Positions 13,200-29,225 of a stretch of 64,000 bases of DNA are shown here, piece by piece (positions within the stretch are counted from its first letter, which is position 1; every line of letters begins with the position of its first letter). Made by a program: the position numbers and the translations under genes. The notes under the pieces are model-generated. The model saw only the letters and a list, made by a program, of their open reading frames with translations. It did no database searches and was not told the origin of the DNA. The stretch comes from the human T2T-CHM13v2.0 reference genome, Homo sapiens. The DNA lies in NCBI RefSeq assembly GCF_009914755.1, contig NC_060947.1. One strand, written 5' to 3'.

Positions 13200-14330
13200 A
13201 TTTATTTACCCATATTTTCACTCTTCCTATTGTTCATTCTTCCTTCTTGATGTTCCAAGATTACTTCCTTCAATTCTTTTCTGTTTCAAGGATTTCATTT
13301 AGCCACTCTTTTAGCATAGATCTGTTGGTGAAAAATTCTCTGAATTTGCTTCCACTAGAAAATATCTTGATTTCTCCTTCATTTATAAAGGACATTTTTG
13401 ATGGATACAGGAGTTTGTGTAAACAACTGTTTTCTTTAAGCACTTAAAAATTTATTACTTCCTTATGGCTTTTTGATGTGCTTCTGGATTCTGTTCGCAA
13501 TTACTTTGTTGAGGATTTTTGCATCAAAGTTCATCAAGGATATTGACCTGAAGGTTTTTTTGTTGTTGTTGTTGTGACTCTGCCAGGTTTTGGTATCAGG
13601 ATGATGCTGATCTCATGGAATGCATTCAATTTAAGATTTTTCCACGGTTTTACATGAGTGAGTTTCAGCTACATACTAGATGGACATTTTGGTATTATGC
13701 TATGAGACTCTGGATCTTATTTAAATCTTCTATCTTTGCAGTCCTCCACTGTGCCAGGAGGGAAATGGAGAAGCAACCGCGTTATTACTAGGGAGTGGAA
13801 GTGGAAGTCTGGGCTCCCCTCTCAGCCTCCAGTGGTACCACCCCAAAAGGGAGTGGGAGGGATACCTTGCAAGTACTAAGCAGGGATGAATGTCTAGGTT
13901 CCTCACTGAGCCTCCACTGATGTGGCATGGAAGAAGTTGTGGAATTTTTTTTTTTGTGATGTTTCTCTGGAGTAGAGCAAGTATTATCAAAAATGTTTCT
14001 GCCCATCTAGGCCATTCTTTTCCAAGCCTCTGGCTGGAGAGCACAGACTCTCCTTGAGAATATTTTTTCTGTGCCTATTTGTATTTTTAGGAGATGAGTG
14101 TCTCTAACACTTTGTCTGAGATATATAGTAGGCAAAAAGGAACCTCAGGAAATATACTACTGATTCAGTCCTTGAGTCCCAAGGTATCCACTGAGTTTAC
14201 ATTTGTTTCTACATCTTTCAGAGATTTTTATGAGTTTTATATATTATGTCTAAAGTAGTTAGTTGTATTGTGCAGAAGGAATAGGGAGAAATATGTCTAC
14301 TCCACTTTATCTGAACTAAAACTGTTTTTC
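13200..14330 (-). mobile_element. Old L1M fragments, with an internal younger-looking L1 ORF2 piece at ~13469-13623
   Basis: Antisense L1 motifs: ttgatttctccttcatttataaaggacatttttgatggata; gaggatttttgcatc...tggtatcaggatgatgctg. Confidence 0.65.
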
Positions 14331-14450
14331 TCTGTTTTTAAATTTATGTTGTATCAATGGGCTAGTGTGACAATTATTCACAAGTTTGCTTAAGTCTCTT
14401 CTAAGGCTGAGGGATTCATTATAGGAATAAATAGATCATAATACACAGTG

Positions 14451-16325
14451 TCAGCAAAGTTTCAGGATATAAAAATCAATGTCCAAAAATTACTAGCATT
14501 CCTATAAACCAATAACAGACAAGCTGAGAGCCAAATCAGAAAAATAATCTCATTCACTATTGTGTCAAAAAGAATAAAATACCTAAGAATAAAGCTAATA
14601 AGGAAGGTGAAAGATTTCTACAACAAGAATTTAAAAATACTGTTCAAAGAAATCAGAGATGACACAAACAAATGGAAAAAACATCCCATGCTCATGAATA
14701 GAAAGAATCAATATCATTAAAATGGCCATACTGCCCAAAGCAATTTACAGATTCACTGCTATTCCTAACAAACCACCAGCAACATTCTTCACAGAACTAG
14801 AATAAAATTATTTTAAACTTCACATGGAATCAAAAAAGAGCCTGAATACCCAAGGCAATCCTACCCAAAAAGTACAAAGCTGGAGGCATCACATTACCCG
14901 ACTTTATGCTACAGGGCTACAGTAACCAAAACAGCAAGATACTGGCACACACACAAAAAAAACAGGCACATAGACCAATGGAACAGAATAGTGGGCCCAG
15001 AAATGGGGCCAAGCACCTACAGTCATCTGATCTTCAACAACCTGAGAAAAACAAGCAATGGGGAAAAGACTCTCTATTCACTAAATGATGCTGTGATAAC
15101 TGGTTAGTTAAATGCAGAAAATGGAAACTGGACCCCATCCTTACACCATATATAAAAATCAAATCAAGATGGATTAAAGACTTAAATGTAAAACCCCAAA
15201 CTGTAAAAACCCTGGAAGATGTCCTAGGCAATACCACCCTGGACATAGGAACAGGCAAAGATTTCATGGCAAAGACACCAAAATAAGTCACAACAAAAGC
15301 AAAAAAAAATAAGTGGGACCTCAACTTAATAGCTTCTGAACAGCAAATAAACTATCAACAGAGTAAACAGAAAACCTATAGAATCAAAGAAATTATTTTC
15401 AAACTATGCATCTGACAAAGGTCTAATATCCAGCATCTCTAGAAAAAAACAAATTGACATGAGAAAAACAAACAAACCCATTAAAAAGTGGGCAAAGGGC
15501 ATAAACAGACACTTCTCAAAAGAAGACATACATGCGGCCAACAGGCATATTAAAAAAAAGGTCAATATCACTGATTATTAAAGCAATGCAAATCGAAAGC
15601 ACAATGAGATACCCTCTCACACCAGTCAGAATGACTATGATTAAAAAGTCAAAAAATAACAGATGCTGGTTAGGTTGTAGAGAAAAGGGAACACTTATAC
15701 ACCTTTGGTGAAAGTGAAAATTAGTTCAACCTTTATGGAAAGCGGTATGGTGATTCCTCAAAGAGCTAAAAGCAGAACTACTATTTAACCCAGCACTACC
15801 ATTACTAGCTATATACCAGAGGAATATAAATCATTCTACCATAAAGACACATGCATGTGAATATTTATTGCTGCTTTATTCACAATAGCAAAGACATGGA
15901 ATCAACCTCATGCTCATCAATGACAGGTTGGATAAACATAATGTGGTGCAAATACACCATGGAATACTATGGACCCATAAAAATGTATAAGATCATATCT
16001 TTCTGGGGACGTGGATTGAGCTAGAGACTATCATCTTTATCAAACTAATGCAGGAATGGAACACCAAATACCACATGTTCTTACTGAAAAGTGGGAGCTA
16101 GATGAAGAGAACTTATGAACACCAGAAGGAAACAACAGACACTGGGGTCTACTTGAGGGTGGAAGGTGGCAGGAAGGAGAGGAGCAGAAAAGATAACTAT
16201 TGGTACTAGGCTTAATACCTCAGTGATAAAAGAATCTGTACAACAAAACCCCATGACACAAGTTTACTTATGTAACAAACCTTCACATGTGCTCCTGAAT
16301 TTAAAATAAAAGTTAAAGAAAAAAA
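14451..16325 (+). mobile_element. 5'-truncated L1 (L1PA13-16/L1PREC2-like)
   Basis: ORF2 3' half from tcagcaaagtttcagg; 3'UTR aggagaggagcagaaaagataactattggtactagg; A-rich tail. Confidence 0.88.
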
Positions 16326-16329
16326 CTTT

Positions 16330-16720
16330 AGGGTTTTTCCCAAGCTGCAGAGGGTAAATCTGATTAGTGTGAGAAACTCATAATAATCCCATTCTCCTAG
16401 CCAATGATTGGTTTATGAATGGGTAAGCAGTGCAATCTGGACAATTAGATGCGAGGAAAAAGCTACTAGTGTGTGCATGGAGGGAGAGGAATTCTGGAAA
16501 AAACTTCCCCACTCAAAAAAGACACAAAGAAGGTATTTCCGTTTCTTTCTGCCCTTGGTTTCTATTGTGTGAGGTTGTGATGCTTGGATTTCCTGCAGCT
16601 ATTTTATGAACATAGAGGGCCAACCTAAGGAGAAAAACAAAGAAATTCAAGATGACAAAGCAGAAATGGAGAATGTGTCCTGGACATTGATGATAAATTG
16701 TTTGATGAAGGATTTGTTTT
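16330..16720. mobile_element. Possible old ERVL-type LTR (LTR16/LTR33-like)
   Basis: ctagccaatgattggtttatgaatggg...aattctggaaa resembles LTR16/33 motifs; weak similarity. Confidence 0.35.
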
Positions 16721-19007
16721 TGAAAAATCACCTGTAAAATTTTCTGAAAATCTAATATAGAAGAAGATGAAAGGCAGAGACTTCCCAAAACCTGTTCCTC
16801 CATAAAGTTATTGACAACACTGCCAAAAAAAATTGTTAAAATATACGTACCTAAAATAACTGTAAAAATCAGCACCCTAGCAGCCACTGAGAAGTGGATA
16901 CCAGGTTAAGAACATCTCAAAAATACCCATCCCCAGAAAGTGTTCACTATCTGACTTGTCTGGAAACTCTCTAGAGAGTCCCTTTTAACGGGTCTTGCCA
17001 TTTGATTTGACTCAAAGCCTGTTTCATAGAAATAGGCATACATCCATGGAATTTGGTAAAAATTATCACTGGCAATTATTTAATATTGCAGCTGCCTGAG
17101 GTGGTGACTCACGTTTGGGCAACAAAAAGGCTGGCAAAAAAAAGAAAAGAGAAGAAAATTAATAAAATGTACGTGGGTGAGTGGGAAAGATCCTACATAT
17201 TCCTTGTAATCTGGTAGGCCATGACATGTACACATGCTCAAGAGAGATGCAACAGAGACCCACTCTTCTAGCTCTAGCTAGACCTGAGTTTCCATGCAAG
17301 AAGAAAATGAACTTTAAGGTAAAATTGGATATTGCTAGTGTACTGAATGCATGCCACAACACACACATATTCTCTCCTCTCTCTCTCACACACACAGACA
17401 CACAATTAGCAAAGGATTGAAGATTTATTGGCTCAAAACATTTAAGAAAATCTCTGTCTAATTGTTGGCTGAAAACTAAGCTCGTTAAGCAGACTTCAGT
17501 GGATACAAATAATATGGAATACAGATGTATAGAACTAATTCAGGTAAGTTACTAAAGAAACAAACAACAAGAAAATACTGGGAGAAAAAGAATCTGATTT
17601 CCACATTTGCAATATTATATTATTTAAAATATCTGATTTTCAACAAAAATACTAATGGGTATGCAACGAAACAGGAAATTGTGGTCAAAACAAAGAGAAA
17701 AAAGCAGTCAATAGAAGTTCACTGGGAGGTAGCCTAGATTTCGGACTCACTACACAAAGACTTTAGTATTACAAAGTTTCTCAAAGAACTGAAACAAGCC
17801 ATGTATAAAAAATTAAGGATATTATGAGAATAGTGTCTCACCAAATAGAGAATATAAAGATACAGAAAGGAATTATTACAAAGAGCAAAATAGAAATCCT
17901 GCATTAAAATAACAACCTAAATTAAAAAATGTATTAGATGAGCTGAATAGCAGGTTTGAATCAGGAAGCTAATCCACAAACTTGAGAAAAAATTAATTTA
18001 AATTATTCAGACTGAGAAATAGAATAAAAAAGAATAAAGAAAAATAAGCAGAGCTTCAGGGACTCATGGGACCCAGAAACATGTTAGCAATTAAATTAAG
18101 AGCACCTTGAAACACATTAGTAATAAAGTGCATTTGTAGAGGTAACTACACTGATAAAGGTAAAGACAGAGGTAAATATAAAAATTAGTGTAAAGGTTTT
18201 TCTTGTAACTTTTTTTATCTGATCTGATTTGAAAGAAACTGCATAAAGCAATAATTGTAAATCTTTTGGACAGGCTTTAAATATATAATGATATATTTTC
18301 ACAATAAAAACTTAAAGAGGGAGAAAGACATTAACATATAGTGGAGCAAACTTTTTTATACCATATAGCTTATTTAGTATTAAACTGAACTAGATTATTT
18401 TAAACTGTTTACTGTAATTATCATTAATAAATTATTTTAAAACTACATAAAATAAATTAAAAATTATTTTAAAATAAGTAATTATAAGGGAATATACATT
18501 TATCACAAAACAAAGGAGTAATGGAGAAAAAGAGGAAAATAACATATGACATGTCAAAAATAAATAGCAAAATGGCAAAATAAATCCTATCTTTACAGAA
18601 ATTGCATGAAATGTAACTGATATAAATGCTCCAATTAAAAGGCAAATAGTGGCAGAATGAATAAAAGATGATCCTTATTTTTCATACTGTCTACAATAGA
18701 TGCACAAAATTCTGTCAGCATTTAAAATAAAGGATGGAAAAAGATAAGTCATGAAAGCAATAACTAAACGAATGCTCAAGTGGCTATAATAATATCAGAC
18801 ACAATAGTTTTTAAGACAAACATTTTTATTATAGTAAAAATAGTTATCAGAAAAATATAACAATTATACATATACATGCACCTAATAACAAATCCCCAAA
18901 ATAAATAAGGCAAAACTGAACATAATTGAAGTAAGAAATAAATAATTAAGCAATAATAAAGATGTCAATATCACAATTTTATCATGGTAAGAACAAGATG
19001 CAGAAAA

Positions 19008-19112
19008 TATATATGTGTGTGTGTGTATCTATATATACACACAATATTATATATATACACAATATTATATATATACACAATATTATATATATATATATAT
19101 ATGTATATGTAC
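19008..19112. repeat. (TG)n/(TA)n microsatellite with an ~18-bp unit (acacaatattatatatat) repeated three times
   Basis: Directly visible tandem repeats. Confidence 0.85.
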
Positions 19113-19945
19113 ACAATACCATACCACCTAGATTTCAACAAGTTTTCAGGATAATAAGTCAATGTGCAAACATCAATTGTATTTACACACATTAGCAATA
19201 AAAAACCAAAAAAGCAATTTTATTTAAAATACATCAAAAAGAATAAAAAACATTGAAATGAATATTTCAAAGTAGTGCAAAACTTGTAAATTGAAAAATA
19301 TTGTTGAAAGAACAAAAGGAAATTTAAATAAAATGAAAGGAAACATACTCATGGATTGGCAGATGATATTTTAAGATAACAATAATTTCCAAATTGATCT
19401 ACATATTTAAAGCAATTTCTATCAAAATTTCAGAGCCCATTTTCAGAAATTTGGCAAGCTGATTTAAAATCCATGTGTAATTTAAAGAAACTCAGAATAG
19501 TCAAAAATAAATTTTAAAAAGAACACTACCCAATTTAAAACCTTACTTCAAAGCTATAGTCATTTGAACAGTGTGATCGTGATATATGGATTAACATATA
19601 CATAAATAAAACAGAATTGTGAATCTTGAAATAAACTCTAACTTTTATACAAAATTAGTTTTTAACAAAGTTTCTAAAACTATTCAATGAAATAAAAACT
19701 CTTTTCAATAAGACTGTATAAAAAAAGTATGTAGTTAGACTGCTTTCTCTCACCATATTTAAAAATTAACTCCAAATGGTTCAGAGACCTAATGAATAAG
19801 ACAAATATATAAAACTATTAGAAGAAAATATAGCAGTAATACTTTCTACACTTGCATTAGGCAATTGTTTCTAATATACAATAATAAATCACAAGCTATA
19901 AAATATAAATCAATAAATTGGACTTCATCAAAATGAAAATCTTTT

Positions 19946-22116
<2,171 letters not shown>

Positions 22117-22399
22117 TTTTCGTACTTGAAAGTACAGCACTGAAAAAATAAAAAGACAATTCACAGAATGGAGGAAAATTTTCCAGGTTATTTATGTGAT
22201 GAGGGATTTGTATCCAGAATATATAAGAGATGCTTACAACTCTATAATTAAAATAAAAACAGAAAATACTTCATTCAGTTGGGCAAAGGTTATCAGTAGA
22301 CATTTCTCCAAAACAGATATACAAATGGCTACTAAGAACATAAGAATGCTCAACATCTTTAGTCCTTACAGAAATTAATATTAAAAACACAAAGAGTAT

Positions 22400-24655
22400 T
22401 CCTCTTTTGGATTACAGCCTGAGGAATTCCATGAACCCTATACCCAGCAAATCAAGCAAAACTGGTCAAAATATTATGAAGAACAATTTTAAATGTTTGA
22501 AAATTGACTAAAGTGCAAAGAGCAAAGTAGAAAACATCTATTCAAGAAAATATACTAAAAATCAGTAATGATGCCCAGAGTCAAGAGAATTTGAGCCACA
22601 ATCCATTCTTTCTCACCTTGCCCAACTCAACATTATGGAACTTCTACTCTCAGTAAGTATAGCAAAGAACCTTTCAATTTTAAGTAGAAGAGCCTAAATT
22701 TTTGGTGAGTATGGCCAAGTGGTAGGAATCTCACTTCCTCCACGCAGACCTTATCTAAATGATGGAAGCTGTACCAGAAGCATGGATGGCCAGCATAATA
22801 AAACTTTGACTGTCCTTGCATGAGCTTATTTATAAATGCAGCTGAGACAACCGGAGGGTATACCACCAAACCTATTGCTTAGAGAGCTTGTCCTGAGGGA
22901 ACAGCAGTCTATAGGAAAAGAGAGTTCCTAATTTCTCCCAAACATAATTAACTTTATTTGAAGCATAAAGTGAGGAAGTTGAATCTTAAAGCCACTCTTG
23001 GAAAAAAAAAATAGTTATTCTTAGTTAAGGGCAGAAGCAAAACTATGGACCAGCAAGTCCACCAAAAAGAACCAGAGAAAGAGACAGTCAAGAGTCCTTC
23101 TGGTGTCAGAATAAATATCAAAGACCAACCTCAAAAACATCTTCAACTGAATTTAATTGAATCAGACTTCTAAGCAGTTTATGCAATGGGGGAATTGTCA
23201 AAAACAATAGAGCAATCAACTGGTAATTAACAGGGCCTGACTGGCAAGGTGCATTACCAAATGAAGAACACAGCTTAACAGAGAGATTAGGAAAATAGAT
23301 TCTAAGAAATCCATTCTAATATCACAGGCATCCTAGGGTAACACAAAACACACTGAGGATTGTAGGATCTGAAAAATGAAACCAAAGTGACACTATTTCC
23401 TTCTCAATATGGAGCAAAAATATTTTCCTAAATTTACTAGAATACTTTAGCAAAGAAACAAAAACCAAATAACAAAATAAGCCACAAAGAGGTGTGGGAG
23501 AATTAGTATCCAAGGTTACTACAACATACTGCATAAAAAGTCCAGTTTTTCAAGAAAAAAAAAGTGACACATAATTTTTCTGGGCCACTTTGCCAACTGG
23601 GGAACTTCATGTCCAGTGACACACCCCACCCTCCCCCAGGTCTCACTCAGTCCTGGGCCTGTCACTGGAGGCACCCCACCCACTTGGCATGGCTGCATTA
23701 TGGCTTGTACCTATGTTCAGCAGTTCCTGAGGTCTTGTCCTCCATCCAAGAAGAATGAGGATACACTGACAATTCAAAGGGTGAAGAGAGCAGAAGAGAA
23801 TTTAACTAACTGACAGAGCAGCTATCAGTGGAGAGGGGATGAAAAGCTGTTCCCCCACCCCTGCAGTTGAAGCTTTTATGGGCTCAGAATAGAGGTGTAC
23901 ATGCTGATTGGTTTGTAAGTATGCAAAGAAAGGCTAAAGCAAAGTCACCACATAAGGTGGACATGACAGTGTCAAAAACCAATTAGGAAAGGGTAGATAT
24001 ATGTAAAATAGGTGAAGAGGAGGATCAATCAGAGGAAAGCATGCAAAACAGGAAGACAGGTTTTCAATCCAGTCCATGGATTTGACTTGTAGCTTGGCTT
24101 TCAAGTTTTAAACTGTCTTTGACTTTGAGGTCAGGTTTAACCAGGCACCCACCCCTATATGCCTAGACATTTGTCTGCCTCCTGCTGCTATCAAAAGTTC
24201 AAAACTAGCAAAGAAACAGAAATGTGTGCCCCATTCAAAGGAAAAAAATAGGCAATAGAAACTATCTGTAAGAAGAAAGAGATGTCAGATTTAACAAAAA
24301 TTTCAATGCAACCATTATAAATATGTTTAAAGAACCAGAGGAAATTATGTTTAATTAAGAAAAGTAAGATATAAAGAGAAGGTCTCATCACATATATAAT
24401 ATAAATAAAAAGATGTAATATAAGTGATAAAATATAAGTGAAAAAGAATAATATGGAAATTCTGGAGTTGAAAATTACAATAACTAAACTAAAAATTTAT
24501 TACAAGAGATCAGCAGTAGATTTGAAAAACCAAGAGAATGAGCAAAATTGAAGATATATCAATAGTTATTATGCAATCCATAAAACATAGAAATAATAAA
24601 ATGAAGACAACTAAACACAGCCTCAGATAAATGTGGGGCACATGTAAGCACAACA
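22400..24655 (+). mobile_element. Old L1M 5'UTR/ORF1 remnant interrupted by an ERV1 LTR
   Basis: ORF1-like gaaattctggagttgaaaattacaataact...cagcagtagatttgaa; boundaries approximate. Confidence 0.55.
23565..24193 (-). mobile_element. ERV1-class solo LTR (LTR1/LTR27/LTR28/MER52 group)
   Basis: TG...CA termini with 4-bp TSD aaag (23561-23564, 24194-24197); the minus strand begins tgatagcagcaggaggcagacaaatg. Confidence 0.75.
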
Positions 24656-24792
24656 CAATGTAACTATTGAGTACTGAGATTAATAACTGGGTGATGTAGT
24701 AATATGTACAACAAACCCAAGTGACACGTGTTCATCTATGTAACAAACCTTCACATGTACCCCCACACCTAAAATTAAAATTTAAAGAAAAA
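24656..24792 (+). mobile_element. Very short L1 3'-end insertion (L1PA13-16-like)
   Basis: taactattgagtactg...gtaacaaaccttcacatgtaccccc...A-tail; parallels the 3' end at 16195-16325. Confidence 0.7.
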
Positions 24793-24794
24793 AT

Positions 24795-27700
24795 GAAAAA
24801 TCAGAAAACTAAATTATATCACCAGAGAAAATCATCTTCACTAGAGAAAGACAGGAATGAAGGAAAGAAGAAAGAGAAAGCTGCAAAACAACCAGAAAAT
24901 AATAAGAAAATGGCAGAAGTAAGTCCTCACTTATCAATAAAAACACTGAATATACATGGATTAAATTCTCCATTCAAAAGAAATAGACTGAATGAATACA
25001 TGAAAAAAAAAGACCCATAGTTCTGTTGCCTACAAGGAATATACTTCACAATAAAGACACAAAGAAACTGAAAAGCAAAAAGATGGAAAAAGTTACTTCA
25101 TGCCAATGGAAACCAAAAATAGCAGGAGTTGCTATACTTATATCAGAAAAATAAATTTCAAGATAAATCTATAAAAGAATAAAAAGAAGGTCACTACATA
25201 ATGGTGAATGAAAAAGAAGGTCACTACGTAACGATGAATGGGTAAATTCAGTAAGAGGACGTAGTAATATCAAATATGTATGCACCCAACACTGGAGCAC
25301 CCAGATATATAAAGAAAATATTATTAGAGCTACAGAGAGATGAGTCCCAATACAATAATACCTGGAGACTTCAACATTCCACTTTCAGCATTGGGCAGAT
25401 CTTCCAAACAGAAAATCAACAAAGAAATAATTTATGTCATCAGACATAATTTGCACTATAGACTAAATAGATCCAATATATATTTACAGAACATTTCATC
25501 CAAGAGCTGCAGAATACACATTTTTTTCTTGGCACATGGATTATTCTCAAGGACAGACCATTTTTTAGGTCACAATTCTTAAGATATTCAAATAATTGAA
25601 ATTACATCAAGAATCTTCTATGACCACAAGGGAGTAAAACTAAAAATTAACAACAACAGGAATTTTGAAAACTATAGAAATATATTGAAATTAAACACTA
25701 TGCTCCTGAATGACCAGTAGGTCTACGAAGAAATCAAGAAGGAAAGTGAAAAATTTCTGGAAACAAATGATAATGGAAGAACGACATACCAAAACCTATA
25801 GAAAACAGGAAAAGAAGTACTAAAATGGAAGTTTATAACTATAAATACCTATATCAAAAAAGAAAAAAACTTTAAATGAACAATCTAACAATGAATCTTA
25901 AAGAACTGTAAAAGCAAGAGCAAACCAACCTCAAAATTATTAGAATAAAACAAATAATATAGGTAGGAGCAGAAATCAGTGAAATTAAAATGAAAACAAC
26001 AAAACAAGATTGATAAAATGAGAAGTTGGTTTTTTGAAAAGTTAAACAAAATTTACAAACCTTTAGTCAGACTAAGAAAAATAGAGATAAGATCCAAATA
26101 AATAAAATCAGAAATGATAAAAAGGGATATTATGACTGATACTGCAAAAATTCAAAGGATCATTAGTGGCTACTATGAGAAACAATATTCCAATAAATTG
26201 AAAAATCTGGAAGAAATGGACAAATTCCTAGATACACACAACCTACGAAGATTAAACCAAAAAGAAATTCAAAGCCTAAACAGATCAATAACAAGTAATG
26301 AGATTGAAGTTTAATAAAAGGTCACCCAGTAAAGAAAAGCCCAGGACCTGACTGTTTTACAGCTGAATTTTTCCAACTATCGATAGAAAAATTAAGATCC
26401 ATCCTCCTCAGATTGTTTCACAAAATAGAAGAGGAGAGAACACTTCCAAACTCACTTTATAAAGACAGTATTAACATGATACAAAACTCAGATAGACACA
26501 TCAAAGAAAGAAAACCACTGACCAATATATCTGATAAAAATTGATGCATAAATTCTCAACACAGTATTAGCAACCTGAATTCAATAATACATTAGAAAGA
26601 TCATTCATAAACACCAAGTGGGATTTATTCTTGGGTTGCAACGATGGTATGGTTCAACATAGGCAAATAAAACAATTTGATGCATCATATCAACAAAATG
26701 AAGGATATAAACCATAGGATTATTTCATTTGAAGCTGAAAAAAATTTTTGAATAAAATTCAACTTTTCTTCAATATAAAACTCTCAAGTAACCGGTCTAG
26801 AAGTAACATTAGATAATAAAAGCCATATACAACAGACCCACAACTAGTATTATACTGAATGGAGAAAAATTGAAAAGTTTTTCTCTAAGATTTAAAACAC
26901 GTGAGAATGCCCACTTTCACCACTGTTATTCAACATAGTACTGGAAGTTCTAGCTAGAGCAATTGGAGAAGAGAAAAAAATAAAGGACATTAAATTAGAA
27001 AAGGAAAAGTCTAATTATTCTTTGTAGATGATATGATCTTATATTTTGAAAAACCTAAAGACTCCACAGGAAAACTATAAGAACTGATAAAAAAAATTAA
27101 TAAAGTAGAAAGATACAAAATCAACATACAAAAAATCAGTAGCATTTCTATATAATAATAGTGAACAATGTAAAAAAATAAAAACTGTAATCCTATTTAC
27201 AATTCCCAAATATAAATTAAATACCTATCAATTAGTTTAACCAAAGAAATAAAAGATCTCTATAATGAAACTATAAAACACTGATAAAAAATTGAAGAAG
27301 ACACCTGAATATGGAATAATATGCCATATTTACAAATTGGAAGAATCAATATTGTTAAAAAAGTCCATACTACCCAAAGAAATCTACAAATTCAGTGCAA
27401 TCCCTATCCAAATATAAATGACATTCTTCATAAAACTTTTTTAAAAAGTGCTAAAATATATATGGAAACACAAAAGACCAAAAATAGTCAGGGCTATTCT
27501 ATGCAAAAATAACAAAACTGGAGGAATCACATTTCTTGACATCAAATTATGCTACAGAGATATAGTAACTAAAACAGCATGATACAGGCATAAAACAGAC
27601 ACATAAATAAATGGAACAAAATAGATAACCCAAAAACAAATTCACACACCCACAGTGAACTCATTTTTGACAAAGGTAGCAAGATAGAACTTACACTGGG

Positions 27701-29225
27701 AAAAATATAGTCTCTTCAATAAATAGTGCTGGGAAAATCAGATATTTGTGTGCAGAAGAATAAAACCAGACCTCTATTTATCATGATATACAAAAATAAA
27801 ATCAAAATGAATTAAGTACTTAAACCTAAGACCTCGAACTATGAAACTACTACAAGAAAATTGATGAAACCCCCCAGGATGTCAGTCTGGATAAATATTT
27901 CTTGAGTAATACTCCACAAGCAAAGACAACCAAAGTAAAAATGGGCAAATGGAAACACATCAATTAAAACAGCTTCCGCACAGCAAAGGATACAAGCAAC
28001 AAAGTGAGGAGACAATCCACAGAATGGGAGAAAACATTTGCAAACTACCCATCTGACCAAGGATTAAAAATCAGAATATCAAAGAGTTCAACAAATCTGC
28101 AGAAAAAAAATTTGCAAACTTATAAATATTTTTTAGCTTTACCTCTGGTAAAAGTAGTGATGAGCCAGAAAAGAAGTAGGGATGGTTAAAGAATAAACAA
28201 AAAGCAAGAAAAAGTTAATAAAAGATGGGGAAAAGATTTAAACAGACATTTCTCAAAAGAAGGTATACAAATGGCTAACAGGCACATGAAAAGGTGCTCG
28301 ACATCACTGATCATCAGAGAAATGCAAATCCAAACCTGCAAAAAAAAATCTCTCTCCAGTACAAATGGCTTATATCCAAAAGACAGACAATAACAAATGC
28401 TGGGAAGCATGTGGAGAAAAGGAAACCTTGTACACTGTTGATGGGAATGTAAATTAATACAACCACTGTGGAGAACAGTTTGGAGGTTTCTCAAAAAAAC
28501 TACAAATAGAACTACCAATGATCCAGCAATTCTATTGCTGGGTGTATACCCAAAAAAAACTAAATCAGTATATCAAAGAGATATGTGCACTTCTATGTTT
28601 GCTGAAGCACTGTTTACAAAAACTAAGATTTAGTAGCAACCTAAGTGTCTATCAATAGATAAATAGATAGAGAGAATTTGGTCATATACACAATAGAGTA
28701 CTATTCATAAAAAGGAATGAGATCCAGTCATTTCCAACAATATGAGTGAAACTGGGGATCATTATGTTAAGTAAAATAAGCCAGTCAAAGAAAGACAAAC
28801 ATCACATGTTCTCACTCATTTTTGGGATTTAAAAATCAAAGCAATTGAACTCATGGACATAGAGAGTCAAAGAATTGTTAGCCTCTGGTAAAAGTAGTGG
28901 TGAGCCAGGAAAGTGGTAGGGATAGTTAAAGAATAAAAAACGCTAGAAAAAATTAATAAGACCTACTGTTTGATAGCACAATAGGGCGACTATAGTCAAT
29001 AATGACTTAATTGTACATTTTTAACGAACTTAAAAAGTGTAATTGGATCATTTGTAACACAAAAAATAAATGCTTGACAGGGTGAACACCTCATTCCCCA
29101 TGATGTCCTTATTTCACATTGCATGCCTTTATCAAAACATCTAATGTACCTCAGAAATATATACACCTACTATGTACCTACAAAAATGTGTTAAAACAAA
29201 AACAATAGTAATAAAAATAAAAAAT
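24795..29225 (+). mobile_element. L1MA-type LINE-1 (inter-ORF region, degenerate ORF2, 3'UTR)
   Basis: ORF2 start atggcagaagtaagtcc (24910); L1MA-type 3'UTR tttgatagcacaataggg...cctactatgtacctacaaaa. Confidence 0.88.
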
